From Candidatus Woesearchaeota archaeon (lineage in GTDB: Archaea; Nanobdellota; Nanobdellia; Pacearchaeales; GW2011-AR1), in assembly GCA_964447315.1 (NCBI GenBank), contig CAYURQ010000001.1, positions 27,351 to 91,350 of the forward strand: DNA of 64,000 bases, given 5' to 3'. Shown one piece after another: positions 55,322-63,513 of the stretch. The notes beneath the pieces are model-generated. The model did no database searches. It saw only the letters and a program-made list of their open reading frames with translations, and was not told where the DNA came from. The position numbers and the translations under genes are program-made. Positions within the stretch are counted from its first letter, which is position 1. Every line of letters begins with the position of its first letter.

Positions 55322-56056
55322 TTATTCTATTGTTTCTGTTACATTCCAGGAATCATCCTGGAATTCGTATTTTTTAATTGAAGAATCTATAATTAAATCT
55401 TGAAGAGCATAAACATGTCTTTTCCTTTCTCTGAGTTTTGGGTTGTTTAAGTATGCAGATATTCCTTTAACGTGTGCTTGTCCAATAAAATAAGGTACTT
55501 TTCCCTGGAATTGCACTTTTTTAGTTAATTTGTCTATGTTTGCTGCACTGACCAAATTTCTATAATCATGGATTACTCCATATTTTAAAGCATCATCAAT
55601 AATTATATGTTCATTTCTTTTTGGGCTTTCAAGAAATATTGATAAAGGAGATCCTAACATCAAATATAAACCAGCAAGTCCTTTTCCTGATTTTTTTAAA
55701 AAATCCCTTCTTGAGAAATCTTTTTTTGGCTTTCCAAAAGAATTTGCAAAAAGAGAAATTCCTATTGTCAATTGAACTGCGTCTGGAAGCAAATAAGAAG
55801 TTTTTGAAGTATCTGGAATATAAATGGGTTTTCCTGCTTCTTGTGCAAATTTTGCTATCTCTCCATAAAAACCATTTTCAATTGATCTGCCCCTTTCACC
55901 ATCTTCAATAAATATTGCTGGTGCATTATCTGCATTTTCTTTAAGAAGATTTTTATTTTTATTGAAAAATTCTTTATTATGTATAACTCCAACTAAATCT
56001 ATATCTATTCCATTAACTTTTTCTTGTAAAATTATTGGTAATTTTTGTTTTTTCAT
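55322..56056 (-). CDS. hypothetical protein with internal twin-arginine-like segment
   Basis: 'FSRRDFLKKSGKGLAGLYLMLGSPLSIFL' lies around residues 114-142 of 244. There is a loose TraB/GumN-like N-terminus 'IDLVGVIHN'. Confidence 0.45.
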   Translation of the reverse strand: MKKQKLPIILQEKVNGIDIDLVGVIHNKEFFNKNKNLLKENADNAPAIFIEDGERGRSIENGFYGEIAKFAQEAGKPIYIPDTSKTSYLLPDAVQLTIGISLFANSFGKPKKDFSRRDFLKKSGKGLAGLYLMLGSPLSIFLESPKRNEHIIIDDALKYGVIHDYRNLVSAANIDKLTKKVQFQGKVPYFIGQAHVKGISAYLNNPKLRERKRHVYALQDLIIDSSIKKYEFQDDSWNVTETIE

Positions 56057-56063
56057 TTAAACT

Positions 56064-56450
56064 TTACTCCTTATTGCCTATTGGTCCTTTAAAAATATCT
56101 TTAATTTCTTGAATGGCGAATTGAAGTTTTCCTTGGTGGCTTGGATCTTTGCTATCTAGGTAGTAACTAAGCATTTGGTATCTGTGCTTTGCAGCATTAA
56201 TTACATAATTAACTCCTGCACTTCCTCCATCTTTGAAGTATAAATCAAATATTTGTTCTTCAGGATTACTTGGGGTCGGGATATTGTATCTTTGGAAGAA
56301 TAAAGGGTCTTTTTGCACTATTTCACTTGTTTCTTTTTTAATTATATAAGATAATGAAGGGGTTTTTTCATCAAATACTTGAAATCCTGCTTGTTTAAGT
56401 CTTTCATTAACTTGTTTCATAAATTCTTTTCTTTGTTCTGGGTTTGTCAT
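56064..56450 (-). CDS. hypothetical protein (128 aa), full-length member of a duplicated pair
   Basis: It shares 'VNERLKQAGFQVFDEKTPSLSYIIKKETSEIVQKDPLFFQR' with 57971..58243. Confidence 0.45.
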   Translation of the reverse strand: MTNPEQRKEFMKQVNERLKQAGFQVFDEKTPSLSYIIKKETSEIVQKDPLFFQRYNIPTPSNPEEQIFDLYFKDGGSAGVNYVINAAKHRYQMLSYYLDSKDPSHQGKLQFAIQEIKDIFKGPIGNKE

Positions 56451-56551
56451 GTAAATATATTCTTAATTTATGTATATAAATGTTATGTTTTGTTGTAATT
56501 TAGAAGTGGTGGTATTATGGTAAGGTTTAATCTTATTTAATAGGGGAATTA

Positions 56552-56617
56552 AAAACTTTCCTTCTGAAAAGGAAAGTTTTATATAAAGTTTCCTTCTTAA
56601 AAGGAAAGTTTTATATA
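56552..56617 (+). promoter_or_regulatory. tandemly duplicated palindrome+TATA module upstream of the AAA ATPase
   Basis: 29-nt unit 'tttccttctNaaaaggaaagttttatata' at 56557-56585 and 56589-56617 (1 mismatch). The first unit lies inside a 12-bp-arm inverted repeat, 56552-56563 / 56569-56580. The second TATA is 26 nt before ATG 56640. Confidence 0.55.
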
Positions 56618-56639
56618 TATTAATTGTGTTAAAAAAAGC

Positions 56640-57914
56640 ATGATAAGTCGAGAAATTTTGAAAGATATCTTACTTGAAAAACCAAGACACAAAAAGATAA
56701 TTAAAAGAGACATAAACTTGGTAGATATTGATAAGATTTTTTCTATAATAGGTCCAAGAAGAGCAGGTAAAACTTATTTTCTATTTCAAATAATTGAAAA
56801 TTTAATTGAAAAAGGTGTGGAAGAATCTCAAATTTTATACATTAATTTTGAAGATGATAGATTAAGTGATATTGAAAAGGAGGATTTGCAATTGATACTT
56901 GATACTTTTTATGAGCTTTTTCCAGAAAATAGAAATAAAAAAATTTATTTTATGTTTGATGAGGTACAAAATGTTCCCTCTTGGTCAAAATTTATCAGAA
57001 GATTGCAAGATAAAGAAAATTGCAAAATATATCTTACAGGAAGTTCAGCAAAATTACTTAGCAAAGAGATAGCAACAGAATTAAGAGGAAGAACTTGGTC
57101 GTATTACATTTACCCTTTCTCATTCAAAGAATATCTTTTGAAAAAAGAGATTAATTTAAATAAAAATACAATCTATACAAAAGATAAACATCTTATAATA
57201 AATTATTTTAATAAATATCTAGAACAAGGAGGTTTTCCAGAAACAATTGAGTTAGGAGAAAGAGAAAGAATTATTCTCCATCAAAATTATTATGATAGTG
57301 TTCTTTTTAGAGACATTATAGAAAGATATAATCCCTCTAATGTAGACATTATTAGAGAATTATTTAAAAGTTTAATAAACAATTTTGCTAGATCCTTTTC
57401 TGTTCATAAATTTTATAACAATCTAAAATCTCAAAACAGGGCAATTAGTAAAGATTATCTTTATCCATTAGTTAATTATCTAGAAGATACAATGTATTTC
57501 TTTTTTGTCCCAATATATTCGGAATCCCAAAATATTAGAACAACTAATCCCAAGAAAGTTTATCTCGTGGATAATGGATTAATAAAAAGCATAATTTCTA
57601 AACCAGAGGAAGAAGGATGGCTTTATGAAAACCTAGTGGCAATAGAATTATTAAGGCAGGGAAAAGAGATATCTTATTTTAAAGGTAAAGGAGAATGTGA
57701 TTTTATCTCTATAGATAAAATTAAGAAAATATCTATGCCCATCCAAGTTACTTTAGAGCCTGATTCAGAAAGAGAAATCCAAGGTTTATTAGAAGCAATG
57801 AACAGAATTAATGTAAACCAAGGAACCATTATAACAAAAGCTGAAGATAAGACTATTGAAAAAGAAGGCAAAAAAATAATCATAATTCCTCTTTGGAAAT
57901 GGTTATTAATTTAA
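56640..57914 (+). CDS. AAA-family ATPase with DUF4143-type C-terminal domain
   Basis: Walker A 'GPRRAGKTY', Walker B 'YFMFDEVQNVPSW' and the length and architecture of the AAA_14/DUF4143 family. Confidence 0.75.
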   Translation: MISREILKDILLEKPRHKKIIKRDINLVDIDKIFSIIGPRRAGKTYFLFQIIENLIEKGVEESQILYINFEDDRLSDIEKEDLQLILDTFYELFPENRNKKIYFMFDEVQNVPSWSKFIRRLQDKENCKIYLTGSSAKLLSKEIATELRGRTWSYYIYPFSFKEYLLKKEINLNKNTIYTKDKHLIINYFNKYLEQGGFPETIELGERERIILHQNYYDSVLFRDIIERYNPSNVDIIRELFKSLINNFARSFSVHKFYNNLKSQNRAISKDYLYPLVNYLEDTMYFFFVPIYSESQNIRTTNPKKVYLVDNGLIKSIISKPEEEGWLYENLVAIELLRQGKEISYFKGKGECDFISIDKIKKISMPIQVTLEPDSEREIQGLLEAMNRINVNQGTIITKAEDKTIEKEGKKIIIIPLWKWLLI

Positions 57915-57970
57915 GAATTTAATTCCATAAACAAAATTAGCTACACCAATATATACAGAAACTCTCTTTT

Positions 57971-58243
57971 TTATTTTAATAAAAAGAATCCGGCATTACA
58001 TAGGTATTTTGTTACTTTTCCATAATCTGGGTAGTATAAATCAAATATTTTTTCTTCTGGGTTGTTTGGAATGCTTAAATTATGTCTTTGGAAGAATAAA
58101 GGGTCTTTTTGCACTATTTCACTTGTTTCTTTTTTAATTATATAAGATAATGAAGGGGTTTTTTCATCAAATACTTGAAATCCTGCTTGTTTAAGTCTTT
58201 CATTAACTTTTTTCATATATTTTTCTTTTTCTTGTTGTTTCAT
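57971..58243 (-). CDS. truncated paralogue of 56064..56450 (90 aa; start moved to 'MKQQEKEKY')
   Basis: About 124 nt are identical to 56289-56412 at offset 1,796. The C-terminus diverges and ends early. The tracked N-terminal 25 aa read through the promoter. Confidence 0.4.
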   Translation of the reverse strand: MKQQEKEKYMKKVNERLKQAGFQVFDEKTPSLSYIIKKETSEIVQKDPLFFQRHNLSIPNNPEEKIFDLYYPDYGKVTKYLCNAGFFLLK

Positions 58244-58344
58244 GTAAATATATGCTTGATTTATGTATTTAAATGTTATGTTTTTGTTGTAATTTAGTAG
58301 TGACAAGTTTATCTCCATGTGGTTGGAATATTTTAAGAGAATTA

Positions 58345-58389
58345 GAGGTTGTTGGAGTTAATTGTGGGTTGGAATATGTTGATAGGATG
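58345..58389 (+). repeat. G-rich element, subfamily 2
   Basis: 'gaggttgttggagttaattgtgggttggaatatgttgataggatg'. The G-rich sequence continues to about 58410. Confidence 0.5.
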
Positions 58390-58427
58390 TTTTGGGATTG
58401 TTGGGGGTGTTTTATGTGGATTTATTT

Positions 58428-58468
58428 TACCCCTACAAAATAGGAAGATTTATAAATATGTGGGGGTA
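58428..58468 (+). promoter_or_regulatory. inverted repeat 'tacccctaca' ... 'tgtgggggta' bracketing the TATA box of Fic gene 1
   Basis: Arms at 58428-58437 and 58459-58468 (1 mismatch). The spacer contains 'aagatttataaata'. The same 10-mer inverted repeat brackets the promoter of Fic gene 2. Confidence 0.6.
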
Positions 58469-58477
58469 AATATATTT

Positions 58478-59428
58478 ATGTATAAAAAAATTAAAAAAAT
58501 AAATAATAAAGAGTATGAATACTTAGTGGAATCATTTAGGTTGCCTGATGGAAAACTGAAAAAAGCAGAAGTATTGGTTAAGAGTATGGGTAGAGAAAAA
58601 GATAAAAAAACTCTCTCTAGGAAAATTCTTGAAAAAAAGAAAAAGGAATTCCTTAAATATATGTTAAGCACTTATGAAACAGATGCCATCTTTAGTGAAG
58701 AGGAATTTGAAAAAATAGAAAATATTAGAGTTGAGTATATTAATTTATTAAAAAATGTTCCTAATCAAGCTAAAAAAGACTTATTTGACAGATTTACTGC
58801 TAATTTCACTTATGAAAGCAATTCTCTGGAAGGAAATTCCCTGACTTTAAAAGATGTTAATATAATTATGTTTGAAAACATTTCTATAAAAGGAAAAGAT
58901 CTCAGGGAGATATATGAAACCAGAAACTCCAGAGAAGTAGTTGAAAAAATAATTAAGGGAAAATTTAAAGTTACTGAAAAAGACATAATAGAAATGCATA
59001 AAATCCTTTGCAGAGACTTAGATATTTCATTAGGATATAAAAAATTTCCAAATGTGTTAATTGGAAAAAAGATAGAATTAACCCCTCCTGAAAAGGTTGA
59101 AAGTGAAATGAGAAAATTAATTGCATGGTATAATGAAAACAAGTCAAAGATTCATCCACTAAAGTTAGCTTCTTTATTTCATGGGAAATTTCAGCAAATA
59201 CATCCTTTTGAAGATGGAAATGGGAGAGTTGGAAGATTCATAATAAACGTTATTTTAACAGAAAATAAGTATCCTCCTTTAATCATAAGAAAATCTCAAA
59301 GAATATCTTATCTTACTGCTTTAGAAAAATTTGATAAAAAATATCCTACTTCTTTAGAAAGATTTATTCTGGAAAAATTCAAAGAAACATACAGGAATTT
59401 CTTTGAAATTTATGTTAGATATTTGTAG
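58478..59428 (+). CDS. Fic-family protein (316 aa; start moved to 'MYKKIKK')
   Basis: Fic motif 'HPFEDGNGRVGR'. The tracked 43-aa N-terminal extension reads through the G-rich element and promoter. Confidence 0.85.
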   Translation: MYKKIKKINNKEYEYLVESFRLPDGKLKKAEVLVKSMGREKDKKTLSRKILEKKKKEFLKYMLSTYETDAIFSEEEFEKIENIRVEYINLLKNVPNQAKKDLFDRFTANFTYESNSLEGNSLTLKDVNIIMFENISIKGKDLREIYETRNSREVVEKIIKGKFKVTEKDIIEMHKILCRDLDISLGYKKFPNVLIGKKIELTPPEKVESEMRKLIAWYNENKSKIHPLKLASLFHGKFQQIHPFEDGNGRVGRFIINVILTENKYPPLIIRKSQRISYLTALEKFDKKYPTSLERFILEKFKETYRNFFEIYVRYL

Positions 59429-59479
59429 TTAATATTGATTTTTGTTATTATTTTATATTTACAAGATTATAGAGGATTA

Positions 59480-59524
59480 GGGTTGTTAGGGTTAATTTGG
59501 GGTTGGAATATGTTGAGAGGATGG
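59480..59524 (+). repeat. G-rich element, subfamily 2
   Basis: 'gggttgttagggttaatttggggttggaatatgttgagaggatgg'. Confidence 0.5.
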
Positions 59525-59554
59525 TACATTTTGTAATACAAATATTTATAAACC

Positions 59555-59566
59555 TATCAATTGATA
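59555..59566. promoter_or_regulatory. 12-bp palindrome 'tatcaattgata' between TATA box and ATG 59574
   Basis: Same core as the 18-bp palindrome at 30902-30919. The TATA-like 'aaatatttataaacc' lies at 59540-59554. Confidence 0.5.
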
Positions 59567-59573
59567 TGTATAT

Positions 59574-59861
59574 ATGGAATTAAAATCAATTAATAGAAAT
59601 AAGAAAGTTGCAAAAATATTTAGATCTCCTACTTTAGAAACTGTAAAAATGGTAGAGAGAACAATAAAAGAAAATAGTGGAGAATTTAAGAAAACCCAAA
59701 TTTGGGAGAAATTACCAAAAAAAATAATGTGGCCGACTTATTTAACTATTTTAAATTATCTTCAAGAGATAAATAAAATAATAATGGAAGAAGACGGAGA
59801 GATTACTTATATTTGGAACCCAGAATTGTTAAAGAAAGTAATGAACCGAAAAAGATATTAA
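59574..59861 (+). CDS. small winged-helix-like DNA-binding protein, paralogue of 30940..31218
   Basis: Collinear similarity over the whole length. There is no toxin-like gene downstream on the same strand. Confidence 0.45.
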   Translation: MELKSINRNKKVAKIFRSPTLETVKMVERTIKENSGEFKKTQIWEKLPKKIMWPTYLTILNYLQEINKIIMEEDGEITYIWNPELLKKVMNRKRY

Positions 59862-60409
59862 CTATTCTCAAGTATTTCTTTTGTTTTGTTCACAAAAGAA
59901 ATTGTTTTTGTTTGCAGTTCTTTTGCTTGTTCTTGATTATGCTTTTCTATTCCATATGAAGCTTGCTCTCTTCTGGCTTTTGCTTCTACAAAATAACTAA
60001 TCTCCTGTTTTTCCATGGAACTCTTTATTATTAATTCAATGTCTTTTTTATTGAGTTTATTGGATTCTTTTTGTTCTCCTTCATATGAATAATACAAATA
60101 AATTAATGCGCAAAGTGTTGCTAAATGATTCTTTGAAGAGTATCCTTTAACAGATAATAATGATAATGAAGAATGATAAATAGCATAATAACACCCCACA
60201 ATTGTCCAATCATAGAATCTCTTTTCTTTTAACAAATGATTAATGAAATCAATATTGTTATCTGCTTTATTAATATGGGATTTGCTCAAATAATATTTTT
60301 CTGATTCTTTTTTAATTGTGTTATTCTTTAAATACAACTTGAATGATTTTTTTGCTCTAGACTTATTTTGCATCCAAATTTCCCAAATTGTTTTTTTTAT
60401 TCTTCCCAT
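59858..60409 (-). CDS. HEPN-domain protein (partner of the upstream nucleotidyltransferase)
   Basis: Helical protein with the HEPN-like 'AKARREQASYG' segment. It overlaps the MNT gene by 13 nt. Confidence 0.55.
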   Translation of the reverse strand: MGRIKKTIWEIWMQNKSRAKKSFKLYLKNNTIKKESEKYYLSKSHINKADNNIDFINHLLKEKRFYDWTIVGCYYAIYHSSLSLLSVKGYSSKNHLATLCALIYLYYSYEGEQKESNKLNKKDIELIIKSSMEKQEISYFVEAKARREQASYGIEKHNQEQAKELQTKTISFVNKTKEILENS

Positions 60410-60981
60410 TTTATTTCACTAAGTTTTTTATAAAAATAAATACTTCCTGTTAGGGGGTATCCTGTAAGAAACATGTGGTTTATTGATTCATTCTTCTTAC
60501 TTAATTGATTGAAATCTATTTCCATTATTGATGCTCTTATCCCGTATTTTTCTGAAATCTCTTCATATTCTATTTTAGGAAGTTTGTCATAAACAAAAAG
60601 AAGATCTATGTCGCTTTTGTTATTTGAGGTTTCTTTTGCTACTGATCCAAATAATACTGCCACTGTTGGTTTAAGAAACTCTATATATTCTTCAATTGCT
60701 TTTCTTCTTGCAAAAGGCATTTTTTGGAATTTTATTTTATTAATTAAGTCTAGTAAAGCAATGGAGATATTATTTTCATAATTGACTGAATAAAAAGTGT
60801 TGCTCTTATTCTTTTCTTTCTTTAATACATTTATCTCTACAAGATTATTTAAATTTTTTAACAAATTATTTTTACTTTTTATTTTTGTTCTTTCTTGTAT
60901 TTGATTGAAGTAATATTTATTTTTGCCTAAAGTCTCAACTATTTTTAGAGCATTCTTATTTATTAATTCTTTATAGTCCAT
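60397..60981 (-). CDS. winged-helix + minimal nucleotidyltransferase (MNT) protein
   Basis: 'AVLFGSVAKETSNNKSDIDLLFVY' is the canonical GS-x10-DxD motif. The N-terminal region is HTH-like. Confidence 0.75.
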   Translation of the reverse strand: MDYKELINKNALKIVETLGKNKYYFNQIQERTKIKSKNNLLKNLNNLVEINVLKKEKNKSNTFYSVNYENNISIALLDLINKIKFQKMPFARRKAIEEYIEFLKPTVAVLFGSVAKETSNNKSDIDLLFVYDKLPKIEYEEISEKYGIRASIMEIDFNQLSKKNESINHMFLTGYPLTGSIYFYKKLSEIKWEE

Positions 60982-61034
60982 TTTTAATACTAATTAGTAT
61001 TAATTTGATACTTTATATATTTTTTGGTTGTTAA

Positions 61035-61460
61035 TCATATCTTAGGCATTCTTGGCCTAATAGAATGTTCCTTAGGAGGATAAACCAAAGGAGTTAAAAC
61101 ATCTTCTATGTTTGGAGTTAAAGTATATGTCCACTCTTCATTAAATTCCGCTTTAAGTTTAGTAGCTAATTTATTTGCTTTGTCAAGATATTTTTCATTT
61201 GAAACATCTACATGATTTAGGTATAAATTTATGGCTCCAAATTCTTGATAACCTGAAAAAAATCTATTTGTATGAACACTTAAAATATTATTTGGAAGAT
61301 TTCCCTTATCTACTTCTGGTGAAAGAACCATAGTATCAATTAATCTTGTTAATTTTGATTTTCTTATTACTTTTTCTGTTATTTCTCTTACTTTTTCTTT
61401 TTTAAATTGAAGTTCTGTTGGAGTTTTTCCAACTTTTTTAGCCCAATAAAATTCACTCAT
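61035..61460 (-). CDS. hypothetical protein (141 aa)
   Basis: Intact ORF, no motif. Confidence 0.35.
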   Translation of the reverse strand: MSEFYWAKKVGKTPTELQFKKEKVREITEKVIRKSKLTRLIDTMVLSPEVDKGNLPNNILSVHTNRFFSGYQEFGAINLYLNHVDVSNEKYLDKANKLATKLKAEFNEEWTYTLTPNIEDVLTPLVYPPKEHSIRPRMPKI

Positions 61461-61491
61461 GGTTTTTCAAGAAATAAATTGTATATAAGAA

Positions 61492-61902
61492 TTATTGTGA
61501 TAAAGTATCAGCAGGACCTAATAAATCCAAAACTTCTCCAAGAGTGTTTCTTCTGTTTACATATTTATTGAAAAACCAAGGGGATAAATCATTATGAAAT
61601 CCCACAGCGTAAACAATTGGTTTACTATTTAACTTAAAAGGCATTATTGCGCTCCCAAATTCCATTGGCAATGTTGTTCCTTTATCTTTTTCTGTTAAGT
61701 AAATAAAAACATCTGAATTTGCAATTCCCTCCAACTCATTTTCAGAATACTCTTTTGCATAATCTTGATTTTCCACATAGGGTTTTATTGGTTTGTGTGT
61801 TGTCCAATCATAAGAAACCTCATGCCCCATTTATTTAAGTTTTTTGTATGCTTCAAGAACAAGTTCTTTTTTCTCAAACTTGGCAGCAATATATATTTTC
61901 AT
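61492..61902 (-). pseudogene. nucleoside 2-deoxyribosyltransferase-like gene interrupted by one in-frame TAA
   Basis: 'MKIYIAAKFEKKELVLEAYKKLK' (61902-61834), then TAA (61833-61831), then 'MGHEVSYDW...SDVFIYL....GTTLPMEFGSA'. Together they fit the family's N-terminal strand and the D/G-T...E-G-A core. Confidence 0.5.
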
Positions 61903-61943
61903 AAGATTTCAATTGAAAAATTGTATATAAGGATTATTGTGGT

Positions 61944-62804
61944 TTATTTCTTAATTCTTTTTTTATGGATTGCTAAATATCTTCTTAAAAAATAATCTAA
62001 AAATCCTTCTTGGTTTTTTGTAAATGCTTTGTAGTAAGAACTTCTTTTTTTGTATTCAATTATAATCATTGGATATCCTGCATGCCATAGTATAAAATTC
62101 ATTAGTAATCTCCCAACCCTTCCATTTCCATCTCCAAAAGGGTGGATGCTCTCAAATATATAATGTGCTCTTCCTGCAAGTTCTACAGGATTCATCTCTT
62201 TGCTCTCTTTCTCTATAAAATCTATAAGCTTATTCATTAATGGCTTTACTTCTTGCCAATCTGGGGCCAAATAAGGTCCAACCCTTACAAGATAATCTCT
62301 AAATTTTCCTGCAATATCTGGTTTGGTTTCTTTGAAAGTTTCTTTATGCCAATTTAATAAAAGTTTATTAGTAACTTTTTCTTTTTTATTTAACATTTTA
62401 AGAAATACTCTATTATGTGCTTCTGTTTCTTTAACATCTCTTAAAGGTTTGTTAGGAGATATTTTATCATGAATAATTTCTCTTGCTTCTTCTAGAGTTA
62501 TCGTAGATCCTTCAATGGCATTTGTATTGTATGTAAAAGCAATAGAAATCTCTTCTTTTTGTTTTTCTTTAGCAGATTTGGGAAGTCTCTTCCATTCTTC
62601 TTGAAAATCTTTTTTAATATTCTCTAATTTTTTATATAAATCTGATTTTAATTCCCTCATAAATTCACTTTTTATCTTATCTATATCTTTTGGAATTTCA
62701 GTTCCAAGATATTTTTCTTTTTTTATTATTTTATTTCCATTTCTAACACTATGCTCAAGATAAAAATATTTCTTAGTTCCTTTTATTCTTCTTCTAATTA
62801 TCAT
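61944..62804 (-). CDS. Fic-family protein (286 aa)
   Basis: Fic motif 'HPFGDGNGRVGR'. Confidence 0.88.
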   Translation of the reverse strand: MIIRRRIKGTKKYFYLEHSVRNGNKIIKKEKYLGTEIPKDIDKIKSEFMRELKSDLYKKLENIKKDFQEEWKRLPKSAKEKQKEEISIAFTYNTNAIEGSTITLEEAREIIHDKISPNKPLRDVKETEAHNRVFLKMLNKKEKVTNKLLLNWHKETFKETKPDIAGKFRDYLVRVGPYLAPDWQEVKPLMNKLIDFIEKESKEMNPVELAGRAHYIFESIHPFGDGNGRVGRLLMNFILWHAGYPMIIIEYKKRSSYYKAFTKNQEGFLDYFLRRYLAIHKKRIKK

Positions 62805-62814
62805 TATAATAATG

Positions 62815-62865
62815 TACCCCTACAAGTTTATATACTTTTTGTTTTTATTATATAATGTAGGGGTA
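62815..62865 (-). promoter_or_regulatory. inverted repeat 'tacccctaca' ... 'tgtaggggta' bracketing the TATA box of Fic gene 2
   Basis: Perfect arms at 62815-62824 and 62856-62865. The minus-strand TATA 'gtatataaact' (62825-62835) is 21-31 nt before ATG 62804. A related 'tgtagggtctaca' lies at 62881-62893. Confidence 0.6.
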
Positions 62866-62934
62866 TATAATATTTTCTATTGTAGGGTCTACATTTTCAA
62901 TATTTTGTAGTCATCTAACTAAAATTATTGTGGT

Positions 62935-63276
62935 TTATTTTAATCCACTTGGTCCTAGATTATGTAATACGCTTCTTATTTCCTCTATTGTTTTTTGTTG
63001 GGATTTTTTATCTGACATTCTTACAAATCTTAATAATAAATCTGTTAAAGTTTTTTCATCGAATAATTTTAATTTATCTCCTTCAACAATAAAATAAAAT
63101 CTAAATGATTTATATCTTATTTCCTTAATTAAAATTCCTGCAACAACCCCCAAAGTTTTTCCTTTTTTTGGATTTTCTTCTAAAGTTCTTAACAAAGAAA
63201 TAATTTCATGTGTTTCCCCTTTGAATTTTTTCTTAATCTCTTTTGCCAGTGAATCGACTATTTCGACTTTGGCCAT
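62935..63276 (-). CDS. RelE/ParE-like toxin candidate with C-terminal extension
   Basis: 'LIKEIRYKSFRFYFIVEGDKLKLF' fits the RelE-type beta core. It overlaps the upstream small antitoxin-like gene. Confidence 0.4.
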   Translation of the reverse strand: MAKVEIVDSLAKEIKKKFKGETHEIISLLRTLEENPKKGKTLGVVAGILIKEIRYKSFRFYFIVEGDKLKLFDEKTLTDLLLRFVRMSDKKSQQKTIEEIRSVLHNLGPSGLK

Positions 63277-63470
63277 TCTTTTTCAACCTCTTTTTCAAAT
63301 TCATCAAGAGAAATTGTATTTTTAGAGGACATTAGAAAATCTCTAAGTTGTTCTTTGACAGCAAAATCATAAATCCTATTAATAATTTTGTCGTAGCTTT
63401 CTCCTTTTGTTCCAAAAGTACTTATTTTTTCTTTTGTTTCTTTACTTAATTGAATTGTTGTTATTTCCAT
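63258..63470 (-). CDS. small antitoxin-like protein (70 aa)
   Basis: 'TIQLSKETKEKISTFGTKGESYDKIINRIYD' resembles archaeal antitoxins of the '...KG.S..E.I..L' type. Confidence 0.4.
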   Translation of the reverse strand: MEITTIQLSKETKEKISTFGTKGESYDKIINRIYDFAVKEQLRDFLMSSKNTISLDEFEKEVEKEWPKSK

Positions 63471-63513
63471 TTTAATCTATAACAACTATAGTGGCTATAG
63501 TTTATAAATGTTT

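Noticed and set aside
58349-58477. N-terminal extensions in the ORF track that read through intergenic repeat or promoter DNA: Fic 58349, 57971..58318, 40843..41610, 45132..46340 and 30159..30590.
   Set aside because: Each extension covers a G-rich element, a TATA box or an upstream gene. Internal ATGs sit at the expected distance from TATA-like boxes, or directly after the upstream stop codon.
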